DNA from: Eledone cirrhosa
Taxonomy: Eukaryota
Length of the DNA stretch: 64,000 nt
Direction of reading: 5' to 3'
Assembly (NCBI GenBank): GCA_964016885.1
Contig: OZ024747.1
Coordinates: 22,568,001-22,632,000 of the forward strand
The position numbers and the translations under genes were made by a program. Shown piece after piece: positions 53,726 to 64,000 of the stretch. The notes beneath the pieces are model-generated. The model did not search any database. It worked only from the letters and a program-made list of their open reading frames with translations, and was not told the DNA's origin. Within the stretch, counting starts at the first letter, position 1; the number at the start of each line of letters is the position of its first letter.

Positions 53726-53795
53726 TTTCACCTAATACAGCAAGTTACCCTACTTGAATGCAGGCGCGTGCACAAAAAAACAGAAAAGTAACTGT

Positions 53796-53807
53796 TGCGC
53801 ATGCGTA
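53796..53807. promoter_or_regulatory. NRF1-like motif in USP14 promoter A
   Basis: TGCGCATGCGTA (NRF1 consensus YGCGCAYGCGCR) ~70 nt upstream of the ATG in a local CpG-rich patch; identical in the duplicate. Confidence 0.55.
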
Positions 53808-54359
53808 TTCGTATTACATTACATAGAAAATGTATCGTGGTTCATAATAACGAAACGTATTATCGTAAATTATGTTTAATCTATTAAATAAATATTTCTT
53901 TTTTTCTATCGTAATTACAATCACACTAAAACTTCACTTTATCGATCCGGGAAGATGGAAGGTAAAAATGACTTCAGTGGAATTAGAACGTAAAGGCCTT
54001 GGATGATTTTAGTATTACTGCTATTTATTTCATTGATATTATCAACTGCATTATGTACCAAAAAGAAAACTAGAGACAACCAGTAGACACTTTGCTTTTC
54101 TATTTAGATAATTTTGAATATGTGGATTTTCTAGCACATCTCTCCTTATAGAGAGAGCATCTACAGAAGAGAAAACCGATGGGCAAAGCAAACAGGTCTT
54201 AGCATAAATGTTTCAAAAAGTTAAATCATATGCATAAACCCAACAACCTATCACCGTCAATAGTTGAGCATTAGATTATGTAAAGGAATTTACAAACTAA
54301 GGAACTTTTATTTGCAAATCAACATAGCAATATATATATATATATATCATCATCATCAT

Positions 54360-54680
54360 TTTAAACTCTATAACAGCAATCTCAAATCTGTCTTAGTGTA
54401 TGGATTAGAATATCTGCTGCATGTTCAGGTTCAACTGTTACAAATGAATAGCTGTACCACAGAACTGGTTGAAACAGAGTGGTCCTTGAAATAAAATGCT
54501 GTCTTGGCCACACATTCAGAATGGCTCATGACAAGATACCATATGTTGCATTAAAATGGACACCACCTGGTCAGCCAAAAATTAACTGGCTTAGAACAGT
54601 TGAGGCCGAGGTGAGAGAAATGCATTTTATATGGAGAAAAGCAGAGATTTGTGTATGGTGCCGAAATATCCCAATCTAGA
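54360..54680 (+). mobile_element. Decayed RTE fragment
   Basis: KLYNSNLKSVLVYG...LGHTFRM...VALKWTPPG..PKINWLRTVEAE. Confidence 0.7.
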
Positions 54681-54969
54681 GGAAGAGTAATAATAATTTC
54701 TTTTAATAATAAAAATTCTAACACAACTTCAACTTGATCTATCTTCATATATTATTTTTATCAATCTCAAAAATACTGAAGGCAAGGTACATTACACTAT
54801 GCATTGAATATACTGATCAAGTGAAAATGCAAGCCAGATTGACTACTTACTCATATCAAAACGGGATAGACAAATGGTAATGAATGCTAAGTCCTTACAC
54901 AGAGGAGAATGCACTCAACATAAGTTATCAGTGACATCAGAATAAGAACTATACAAAATGAAAAACAGA

Positions 54970-55530
54970 AATCTGGAGCTAAGAGACATAATTAGCAGTG
55001 GAGGCAGTTACTCTGAAAGCATAGTAAGAACAGGCTGAAAAATGTTCAGGGAGCTACTGCCTCTGCTGGCAAAAGGTTTCCTATGAATGAAAGGCCAGCT
55101 GTATGGTGACTGTATGTGAAGTGTGTTGGTTCATGAAAGTGAAACATAGGTAGGGGATATGTGAAAACTGGAGAGAAATGAAGTGAGCATACTTTGATAG
55201 ATGGGTGATGTTAATGGCTATCAATGGCAGAGGATGGATGAGCTGAGAAATAAACTGAGTAAAGGGAAATCATGTTGTGCAAGCAAGACTGCTAGTATGG
55301 CCATGGGATATGCATGAAAGATGATCATTGGGAGAAGTGCCAGGAGCATCCAGTCAAGGAAAGCTGCAGGGAGGAAGACTATGAAAAACCTGGGCAGGGG
55401 TGGCAAGAGCGGATTGCAAAATGCTGAACCTCATAAAAGTATTAAGAGAGGAAAGGAAAACAGGGCCCAGATCCCTTCAGGAAAATGCCTTGCTCAGAGT
55501 GTAAGAAAGGAATGAGTAGAAATTCCATCC
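54970..55530 (+). mobile_element. Decayed RTE fragment
   Basis: ISSGGSYSESI..RTG.KMFRELLPLL and PSGK similarity to the 27.6-kb element. Confidence 0.7.
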
Positions 55531-56899
55531 TATGACCACCCTGACTAGGGTGTAGAGTCTGTCCCTTCCCCTCTTTTCCAATTTCGTTATTTTGTTTTTC
55601 TTTCTTATAATTTAATTGAAATTTGTTAAATAAAAGTTTGTTTGTTTGTGCATTAGACAGTTACACTTGCTTCAGGTGATGGTGCAAATTGGGGTTGATA
55701 TCACCAATCTATCTAAACCAAAGGATGGCTATTGTTCATAGTATGGACTACTTTACCAAATAGCCCATAGCTTGACTCTTAAAGGTCTTCTACCAATTTT
55801 ATTCATTTCCAAATTATATACATTTAAGCAGTACCTCTATTTGAACTGCAGTACAACCAAACTTCCATATCCAGTAAAACTGGGCAGCATGACTTATTTT
55901 TGAAGTTGCCTTCATTATTAAAAAGTGGCACAGTCTATTTAAAAAGAATAGTGTGACAAATCATCAACAAGTGATTAGTGTCAGCAATCAAGTTCTGATC
56001 AAAAATCTAGTTCTAGAGAACAGAGATTTTTCAGTGGCAAAATCTCCAACCGACTTTGAGATAAACATAAAGTACTGCAAAAAGAATGTAAATTCCATCA
56101 ATCTCGCCTGATATATGGAACAGCTACCCCTAAGTACTTTAACAAAATAGAAAACAAACAAATTCTGAATCTCTGATGTTCAAAAAGTGCAAGACTATAC
56201 AGAAATATACAATACCAAAAGAAAAGAAAAAAGGGGAGGGAATAGTACAGGAGAAAAGTAGGGAGACCCACACACTCAATAAAACAATCAAGCCACTTTA
56301 CAAAGTGTACTAGGTGCATTTATCATGAAGATCACCAAAGCTAGGGAGATTGCCAAGTCCCTTACACAAATAAAGAGTCCTCTGAGCTTTTTTTGGAATG
56401 GTTTCTACAGAGAAGTGCCCTTCCTTTCACCAAAGAGACTGAACTGAAAGACCCTCTCTACCCTAAGGGCAAGGATGGGTATGGGGTTGTAGGTGTATGT
56501 CATGGGGAAGTGCCAAGTGTGGAGAGATTTGACAGCAAGGGGTTGTGAATGGGATGGAGACTTTCAGCAGAGTGAAAGGTACTATTGTGATAACAGGTAC
56601 TGCAGGGTAGGGGAGCTACGACTTGTGTCAGAATTGGAGGGGTCATGAGTAGAATGGGATGGGTGGGCAGCGACACTCGAAAGAGTATGTAGAGGGGGAT
56701 GAGTTTTAGGATTTAGGAGAGGTGGAACTAATCCTGGATAGAAGTAGAAGTGTAGTGATGATGAGAATAGCCACCAGGGTCAAAAGTGTGAGAGGGAGGA
56801 CACATGAAGAACTGGGGGTGTAGTGATAGTTGAGATAGCTATACTGGTCAGGACAAGTTTTAGGCTGGTAAACAGGTTTTCAGTAAAGCATAGTGCCAG

Positions 56900-57225
56900 A
56901 CCTTGCTGTCCTTTGTCATCTCTATTGTGAAATTTAGCCCTCACTTCATTTCATGTCTTCCTGGGTCTGCCTATTCCATGAGCTCCATCCACTGAAATTA
57001 CTCTGCCCCTCTTTATACAGCTACCATCTTCCATATACATCATATGTTCATACCAAATGCATATATATATATTTTGTATATTACAACCAATTACTATTAT
57101 GTCGAGTTTTTCTTTCAGCTCACTTATGCTATGTTGTTCTTGTATACTAACATGACACATCCATAGAAGCATTCTCATTTCCATTTCTTTCTTGGCTTCT
57201 TAGGTCTTCTGCAGTTAAGACCTTG
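56900..57225 (-). mobile_element. Decayed RTE fragment
   Basis: EMRMLLWMCHVS...GIGRPRKT. Confidence 0.7.
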
Positions 57226-59753
57226 TCTTTTTGAATGGCATGCTTATTTCAAAATTACCTTGAATCTAGTTAGTAGTGCAGCCTATCTTGTGCAACCCAA
57301 TGCTCAAAAAAGGTTACCCATACCTGCTCTTGATGGAGTATCACACCAGTTATCTCCCAATTTTTAGACAATAAAAACACAGATCTACCTAGCTAGCTGT
57401 CTGACTATCTGTCTCTTTATCTGCCCCTCTATCTATCCCTCTACCTGAGTATCTGCCTATATCATAGATACATAGGTAGAACAAATTCATTGTACTTTAG
57501 TGGATATATATTTGATAAAGAAAATATGGAATAAAATTATTGTAATTAATTTAAATGATTGAAAAATGAAATAGTGATGGCCAGTGTGGGGGAAATCAAG
57601 AACAACTTGACACTTCAAATACCTTTACATTGATTCTGTAATTAACCCTTTAGCATTTAAACCGGCCATATCTGGCCAGAATGCTTTCACCTCTTTCTGT
57701 TCAAACCAGCCTTACTGGTTGCTCATACTTATGTTAAGGTATTGTTCTAAAAATAAATATCAAAATTTCATATATTCGATATCATGTGAGATAAAGCCTT
57801 TACCACAAAAATACAATAGTATGTATAGAGCAGTGTAAATGTTAAAGGGTTAAGTAATTATTAAATTGAACATCTTTGTACTATAAACCCTATCATGTTT
57901 TATAGGTATTATATCAGTATGTGTATATCATCATCATCATTTAATGTCTATTTTCCCTCCTAGCAACGCTTGAACAGGCCTTCACAAAGTCAGTACTGAA
58001 ATAGTGTTACTGACCTCGCAGACAAGCCAGATTCCATATCTCACTTGCATATGGCCCCACACTCTGAGTGCATTTTATCCAACTGAGTTCATTTCTAGAA
58101 CATCGCTATTAATCAAGAAAGGCTTGAATGTGACATAAGCTTTTCTCTGTAATTTTGGATCATCATAGTTAAGTAAGAAATCAATAATTTGTTCTGTCCT
58201 CTTATTGGTCATAGTTTGACTGTTCTGAAGGTTTGCATAATTTTATTAGTGGAGTCAGCTTTATATTCTTTATGTCTTATCAATAACAGGTTGGTTTGCA
58301 AGGCACTCTTGCTGAATCTTTTCGTGGAAAGCATGTTTTCTTATCAGTAGCTGGTGGATAGCTTGATCATTATCATCAAATCAGTCTTTTTTCACTCCGA
58401 ATCCAAGTTCTTCTGCTCCTAAAAGAACTTAATTGGGAAGTCAACTTTCCTCCTCTCACATTGTTAATATTGTCGACATGGTCACAAAATGATTTTAAAA
58501 TCATAGGCAGTCTTTCCTTAGAAATATGGTAATGAAAGGGTTAAATAACATGTCTAATGAGTAGTGAGACTTCTGTTTATATGGAAACGTACTCTCGAGA
58601 CTCGAATAACCGATCCCACCCACTTGTTAATTTTTCAGATTTTTCCAACTCCCCGCACTCCTATTCCACCCACCCACACTGCGCGTAATAAAGTTCTCCT
58701 TTTACTCTTTCCGACTTCAAATAAGATTATGAGAACCTTCAGAACGGTCAAACTGATTATTTTAGTTGAACAATTACGACCAATAAGACAGAGCGGATTA
58801 TTGATTTCTTACATAACTACGAAAATACAAAATTATAGAAAAAATGTAAGGGGTGGGGAGATTATGTGACATTCAAACCTCGATTAACATTAGCAACGTT
58901 CTGGAAATATTTCACCCGGAAATCATGAATGAGTTACTCTTAAGCTCGTAAAGAAGCTATTTGCCCGTAAAATCTGTCCGGCGATTCTTTCCTGGGACAT
59001 TCTAATCACGTCCGTAATATTGGAGCTGTGATCTTTCAATTCGGAGAGTAACATTACTATATAGACCCTTCTAAGGGTTGACACCAATATTGAATTGAAG
59101 ACAGCGAGCCTGAACTTCATACCTACCTCCTTTCTTCTGATGACCGAATGCGGAAGCTGGCGCATTACTGCACCAACTGTCGCAATTCTTGCACTTAATT
59201 CAGCCTCCTGCCCTCGGTCACTCGTGAACACGACCGCGAGGTACTTCAACTAATAATCTAGATATCCGGCGTATTATATCGTCTATCGAATATAAAACAC
59301 TATATACAAGTGAATAAATAACCAAAATAAATGAAATTCAAAACTATGAACTCGGTGAGTTACATTTTAAAATATAAGTTGAAGTAACGAATGAAACAGA
59401 CCAAGGATAATAGCAGGTTAAAGTGGTCAGCGGATTTATAACAGATGTCAAAGTATTACACAAAAGGGGTAACAAAAACCAGCTTTAACATAAGCTCTTG
59501 CGGCCAAACTAACAAAAGAATCCCTCATACATCTCAAATAACATCTTTGGATAAACAACATGTGATGACACATCTAACACGCTTACCGCCTTCCTTAATA
59601 TATATATATATATATATTTATTAAAATAACAGATTAAAGTTTAAGCAAAGAATCGCTGCTTTCACCCTTAACGGAATCTTCTGATAGTCAAGGGAAACTT
59701 GAACCGTTAAGGTATTTTTCTTGGTTATGTCAAAATTTATAAAACACAATTCG

Positions 59754-59814
59754 TATTTTATCTGATGAAAGCGTACCAAAGTTTTGGTACCCTTGAAATA
59801 TATATAATAGAATA
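59754..59814 (+). ncRNA. Apparently intact minimal type I hammerhead ribozyme (Penelope-like)
   Basis: Stem I tattttat/atagaata, core CTGATGA, stem II aagcgtaccaa/ttggtaccctt, GAAA, 1-bp stem III with palindromic ATAT loop, cleavage triplet AUA (after 59806). Confidence 0.75.
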
Positions 59815-60050
59815 AATATGGTTTTATAAATATAGTTTCCATTTATTTAATATCATTGTATATATATATCAAGCAAGGCGGTTAGCGTGTATATAAAATT
59901 GCGGGACAAATATTGAGCAGGCATAAAACATTAAATTGACGAGTAAATTTTCTTTTACATATTATTCACAGTTTTAACATTATATACTATTAATACAATG
60001 TACTGAATATATTTGTTAGATGCACAACATAATATAAATATATACGTTAC

Positions 60051-60066
60051 CTTGAAAAACAGGCAT
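60051..60066 (-). CDS. USP14: Duplicated USP14 first exon (copy B): MPVFQ; candidate alternative first exon
   Basis: ATG CCT GTT TTT CAA G|gtaacg; same donor, phase and upstream sequence as copy A. Confidence 0.7.
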
Positions 60067-60127
60067 TTTCACCTAATACAGCAAGTTACCCTACTTGAAT
60101 GCGGGCGCGTGCACAAAAAAAGACTGT

Positions 60128-60139
60128 TGCGCATGCGTA
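60128..60139. promoter_or_regulatory. NRF1-like motif in promoter B
   Basis: TGCGCATGCGTA, identical to copy A. Confidence 0.5.
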
Positions 60140-60289
60140 TTCGCATTACATTACATAGAAAATGTATCGTGGTTCATAATAACGAAACGTAAATTATCGT
60201 GACTATTGAATAAATATTTTCTTTCATCTTGATTCTATATTTTTGTATGAAATATTTATGTAATTAAATAATATATATGAACTGGTACT

Positions 60290-61885
60290 GGGTATGGGAG
60301 ACCTGGGATGGAAGCACAGTAGTTAAGTAGTTAAGACCCTGGAGAGGGTCCAGAAGGGAGAAACGTTGACAATTGGTAACTGGAACATTTCAACTCTTAC
60401 AGGCAAAGAGCAGGAACTAGTGGATGCTACCGGCTAGATATAGTGGGGCTTTCCTCAACTAAGTTCCGTGGCCCTGGTACTGTAGATTTTGATGGAGGAT
60501 GGAAACTCCACTACACAGGTGTGACGCAAGAAATAACAGCGCAGGCGGGAGTGGGGATACTCACAAGCGCCAGCTGTCAGTATGTGTTATGGACTGGATC
60601 CCATTGGGCGGCAGGGTTTGTCTCTCGAAGTTAAGGCTGAAAGAAAGTTTTTTTGTGGGTGGGGTAAGTTAATGCGCTAAACAGAGGACCCGAATACAGA
60701 CCCTTCTTTGGGGAAATCATTGCAGCGCTCGATGTAGTTAAGACTGAGTTATATCCGGGAGACTTCAATGCATATATAACGGCGGCGAAGATTCGAAACC
60801 GAATCTGAGCTTTCCCGCCTCTGGGACAAGCCGTGGTAACTTGTTTACGCTCAAGAGACTATAACCCCTTGGGAGAGGCTAAACACAGGTCAGAGGTGTT
60901 TACGCCTGACAGAAAATAGGTCAGAGGATATCCAACAGTTACATCCATCCATCCACTTATCGTTACAACCACACATAATATTCCGTTACACATATGTTGG
61001 CACTGACTATCTGACATGGAAAGGAGTAATTGGAAGGAACGGCTATCCGATATAAGCACGAATGGAAAGGCCATATTAGACTCTTGTTCTAGTAATAGGC
61101 TCTCTGTTTTGAACAGTTTTTTCCAGCACATAGACATTCATAAATATATATGGTATAAAGGGAATCAGGGACAGAGATCAATAATTGATTTTGTTATTGT
61201 CTCTCATCTCTTTGGTTCTGTACTGAATGTTCGTGTTAAGAGAGGGGCTGAGCTTTCAATTGATCACCAGCTAATTATCTTCAATTCGAGACTACATAGA
61301 ACCAAGAAATCCCACATAACTTGCAGGTCCAGCTCGACCTACATGTTAGGGGAGTACCACTGAAGCAGGCGGAGAAGATCAAGTAGATCGGGGTTGTGTT
61401 CACGTGTGATGGATGGCAGGAAGCTGAATTCAATGCAAGAATCGTAGGAGCTGGTGCAGTAATGTGCCTGCTTCAGCATTTGGTCATCGGAAGAAGGGGG
61501 GTAGATGTGAGGGCCAGGCTTGCTGTCTTGAATCCGATATTGGTGCCAACCCTTATCTATGGTAATAAATCTTGGGTAATGACCGAAAAAATACGATTAC
61601 GAATACAAGCAGCCGAAATGAAGTTCTTCGGAAGGGTCTATGTAGTAATGTTATTCGATTGAGGTGTGTGTAGCTCAGAGATCAGAGTCGCTCCATGTAG
61701 AACCGATACTTCTCCGAATTGAGAAATCACAGCTCCGATACTATAGACACAGGGTTAGAATGTCTCACGGGCAAAACTAACAGGTAGGAGACCCAGATCA
61801 AAATGGTTGGATAACATCTATGAGCTCGGCTAGTCTCACTTGGGGATCCAGCCTGATCAGTTGGAGACGGTTTCTCCTGACAAGA
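60290..61885 (+). mobile_element. Decayed, internally deleted RTE LINE between USP14 exon 1B and mago
   Basis: APE motifs GNWNISTLTGK, QAGVGIL, GDFNA, RSIIDF, SIDH; C-terminal TLIYGNKSWVMT. Confidence 0.88.
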
Positions 61886-62145
61886 ATAAAAAGAAAAGTA
61901 TTGTATACATTTTTAATATATTATTGACATGACCTATATCCAGGGGTTAGTTGGTAACTTATCTTATTTTGCGAATTTTATTTACCACAGAAGGAAACAT
62001 AGTCGTTATAAATATGTGCGATTATCAGTGGATGGGGACAAAGCTGATGGACTGAACAAATAAATATAAAAAAATTATAACTACACGATACCGGTGTTGA
62101 TTATCTCCCTTGTAACTATTATTCAGTTAAACCGCCATTTCCAAC

Positions 62146-62239
62146 ATGGGTTCTAGTTCAGATTTTTACTTACGTTATTATGTTGGACATAAAGGGAAGT
62201 TTGGACATGAATTTTTAGAATTTGAATTCCGACCGGACG
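62146..62239 (+). CDS. mago: Mago nashi (exon junction complex core) exon 1; remaining exons not found in window
   Basis: [32 protein letters not shown]|gtaagt, the near-invariant Mago N-terminus with a phase-1 donor; Kozak-like caacATGG. Confidence 0.95.
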
Positions 62240-63188
62240 GTAAGTCATCTTAAGTAAACTAAATAACCAAATATTTCTTTAAAAGCCTTGGTTTTTCTTT
62301 CTCTCTTAGGGAAATCATTTACAATTAATTAAGTAGTTCTAAACTTATTTTATATATTCCAACCATATTTTGTGATTTATCTGGAAATTTATGAGTACTC
62401 TTGAAATCTATTAATTATGATTGTATGTAAAAAGTCTTAAAATTATTATTAAAAATAATCTACCGGGCGAAACGAATTTGCAACCCGGTGTAGCGATTTC
62501 AGATTACCTCTCCTCCTTCATACCTTGAAATCGTGTTCCAATTACCAGGAGGTAGGATGGAATCAATTTTAAATTACTCCTTGGCCTAACTTGAAATAAT
62601 TTCATCTTACCCTCCACGATTTCAGTTTACCCCTAAGCAATCATTCTCCAAATGGCCTTCGACTTGTGATTAGCAAAATAATGATTATTTTTGTAACTTA
62701 TAATAACTGCTAATATGTGATTAATAAAAGAAGTAGTCAAGCACTAGGATTGATTTAATTGATTTTAATATTTCCCCAAATTGCTGCCTTTGTGCCAAAA
62801 CTAGAAATCATTATTATTTCTTTAGTTATTTCTGTAACCTAATAACTGCTAATATTTAAGCATGAAGCTCCTGTCAAGGGAGATAATGTGTAAGATTATT
62901 GTGTGAAAAGGAGGCGGTCAGGTTTGGGCTAAAGTGAAACAGCGAAGAATGGGAAAAGAGTTATCCCAGGACCGGCTGGCTCCAGATGTGAAGGGAAACC
63001 AGCAGCTTGAAGGCTCATTCCGATGCCGGCGTGCCGATGGAACCGACCTGCACTGTGGGAGGAGTGCATCTGAGATAGATATACAGCCTAGACTAGGGTG
63101 TCCCTTGCTCCCTTTTCCAATTTCGTTATTTTGTTTTTCTTATAATTCAATTAAAATTTGTTGAATAAAAGTTTGTTTGTTTGAGGTG

Positions 63189-63580
63189 ATGGTCCAAATT
63201 AGGGTTGATATCACCAATTTATCTAAACCAAAGGATGGCTATTCATAGTATGGACTACTTCGCGAAATAGCCCAGAGCTTGACTTTTAAAAGGCCACACA
63301 TCAGAAAATGTTGCAAAGTTTCTGCTTAAGGCTATCATGTGTTATCATGGTTTGTGTAAGAATACAAATTAATGATCAAGAAAGTTTGGCAAACAAGTAT
63401 CAGCTTGGCTAAATTAATTGATATTAATGCAACAACGTATAACGAGTACTTTATCACCAAAGCATCATTGTGGGGCGTCAAAATCCTGCTATCAAAGATT
63501 CATTTAAAATATCTCTTGAGGACAGTTCCGACTGAGTTGAATGTTTATCAGCAGTTTTCTTTACGCATTGAACATTCAGT
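63189..63580 (+). mobile_element. Decayed Gypsy/Ginger-type integrase relic (shorter paralog at ~55678-55785)
   Basis: With frameshifts: MVQIRVDITNL...GY...MDYFAK*P...TSENVAKFL...RIQINDQ...RQNPAIKDS. Confidence 0.5.
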
Positions 63581-64000
63581 CTTCTACCAATTTTATTCAT
63601 TTCTAAATTATATACAACATTTAAGCAGTACTTCTATTTGAACTGCAGTACAACCAAACTTCCATATCCAGTAAAATAGAGATCTGGACAGCATTGCTTA
63701 TTTTTGAAGTTGCCTTCATTATTCTGATCAAAAATCTATTTTTAGAGAACACCAACCGACTTTCAGATAAACATAAAGTACTTCAAAAAGAATGTAAATT
63801 CCATCAATTTCGCCTGATATAGGGAATAGCACCCCTAAGTACTTTAACAAAATAGAAAACAAACTAATTCTGAATCTCTGGTGTTTAAAACCTAAATACC
63901 AAAAATAATTTTTACATTTTGAGACTTCCTTATAATTTCAAAGTTTTGCCAATGGTGGTTTATTCAAACACACACACACATACAAATATGTATATATGAA

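Larger units (their letters stand above)
58686..63890. repeat. Diverged tandem segmental duplicate (copy B) of ~52045-56180 (copy A)
   Basis: Colinear blocks: 52045-52325/58686-58953, 52970-53311/59268-59578, 53534-53900/59871-60223, 55543-56185/63091-63888. Confidence 0.9.

Noticed and set aside
53900-60050. A complete second USP14 gene downstream of exon 1B
   Set aside because: No exon 2 or other USP14-like coding sequence seen between the two first exons.

Overview
AT-rich, repeat-dense animal genomic DNA; the SINE/RTE/MITE content suggests a coleoid cephalopod such as Octopus (inference). The main gene is an 18-exon minus-strand USP14/Ubp6 proteasome-associated deubiquitinase (CDS 53725->17039, 492 aa by my manual exon joining) with intact catalytic boxes, a diverged UBL domain, Ala at the position of human Ser432 and one U12-type intron. 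A diverged tandem duplication supplies a second intact promoter and first exon (60066-60051). Exon 1 of mago nashi (62146-62239) lies head-to-head on the plus strand. The window also holds several Penelope-type minimal hammerhead ribozyme motifs (one apparently intact at 59754-59814), several fold-back hairpins (one with ~200-bp arms), a tRNA-Pro pseudogene, a 17-bp satellite, and many fragments of RTE, CR1/L2, HERO and CRE LINEs, SINEs, TTAA MITEs and Helitrons. All calls come from reading the sequence by eye; no searches were run, and repeat boundaries are approximate.
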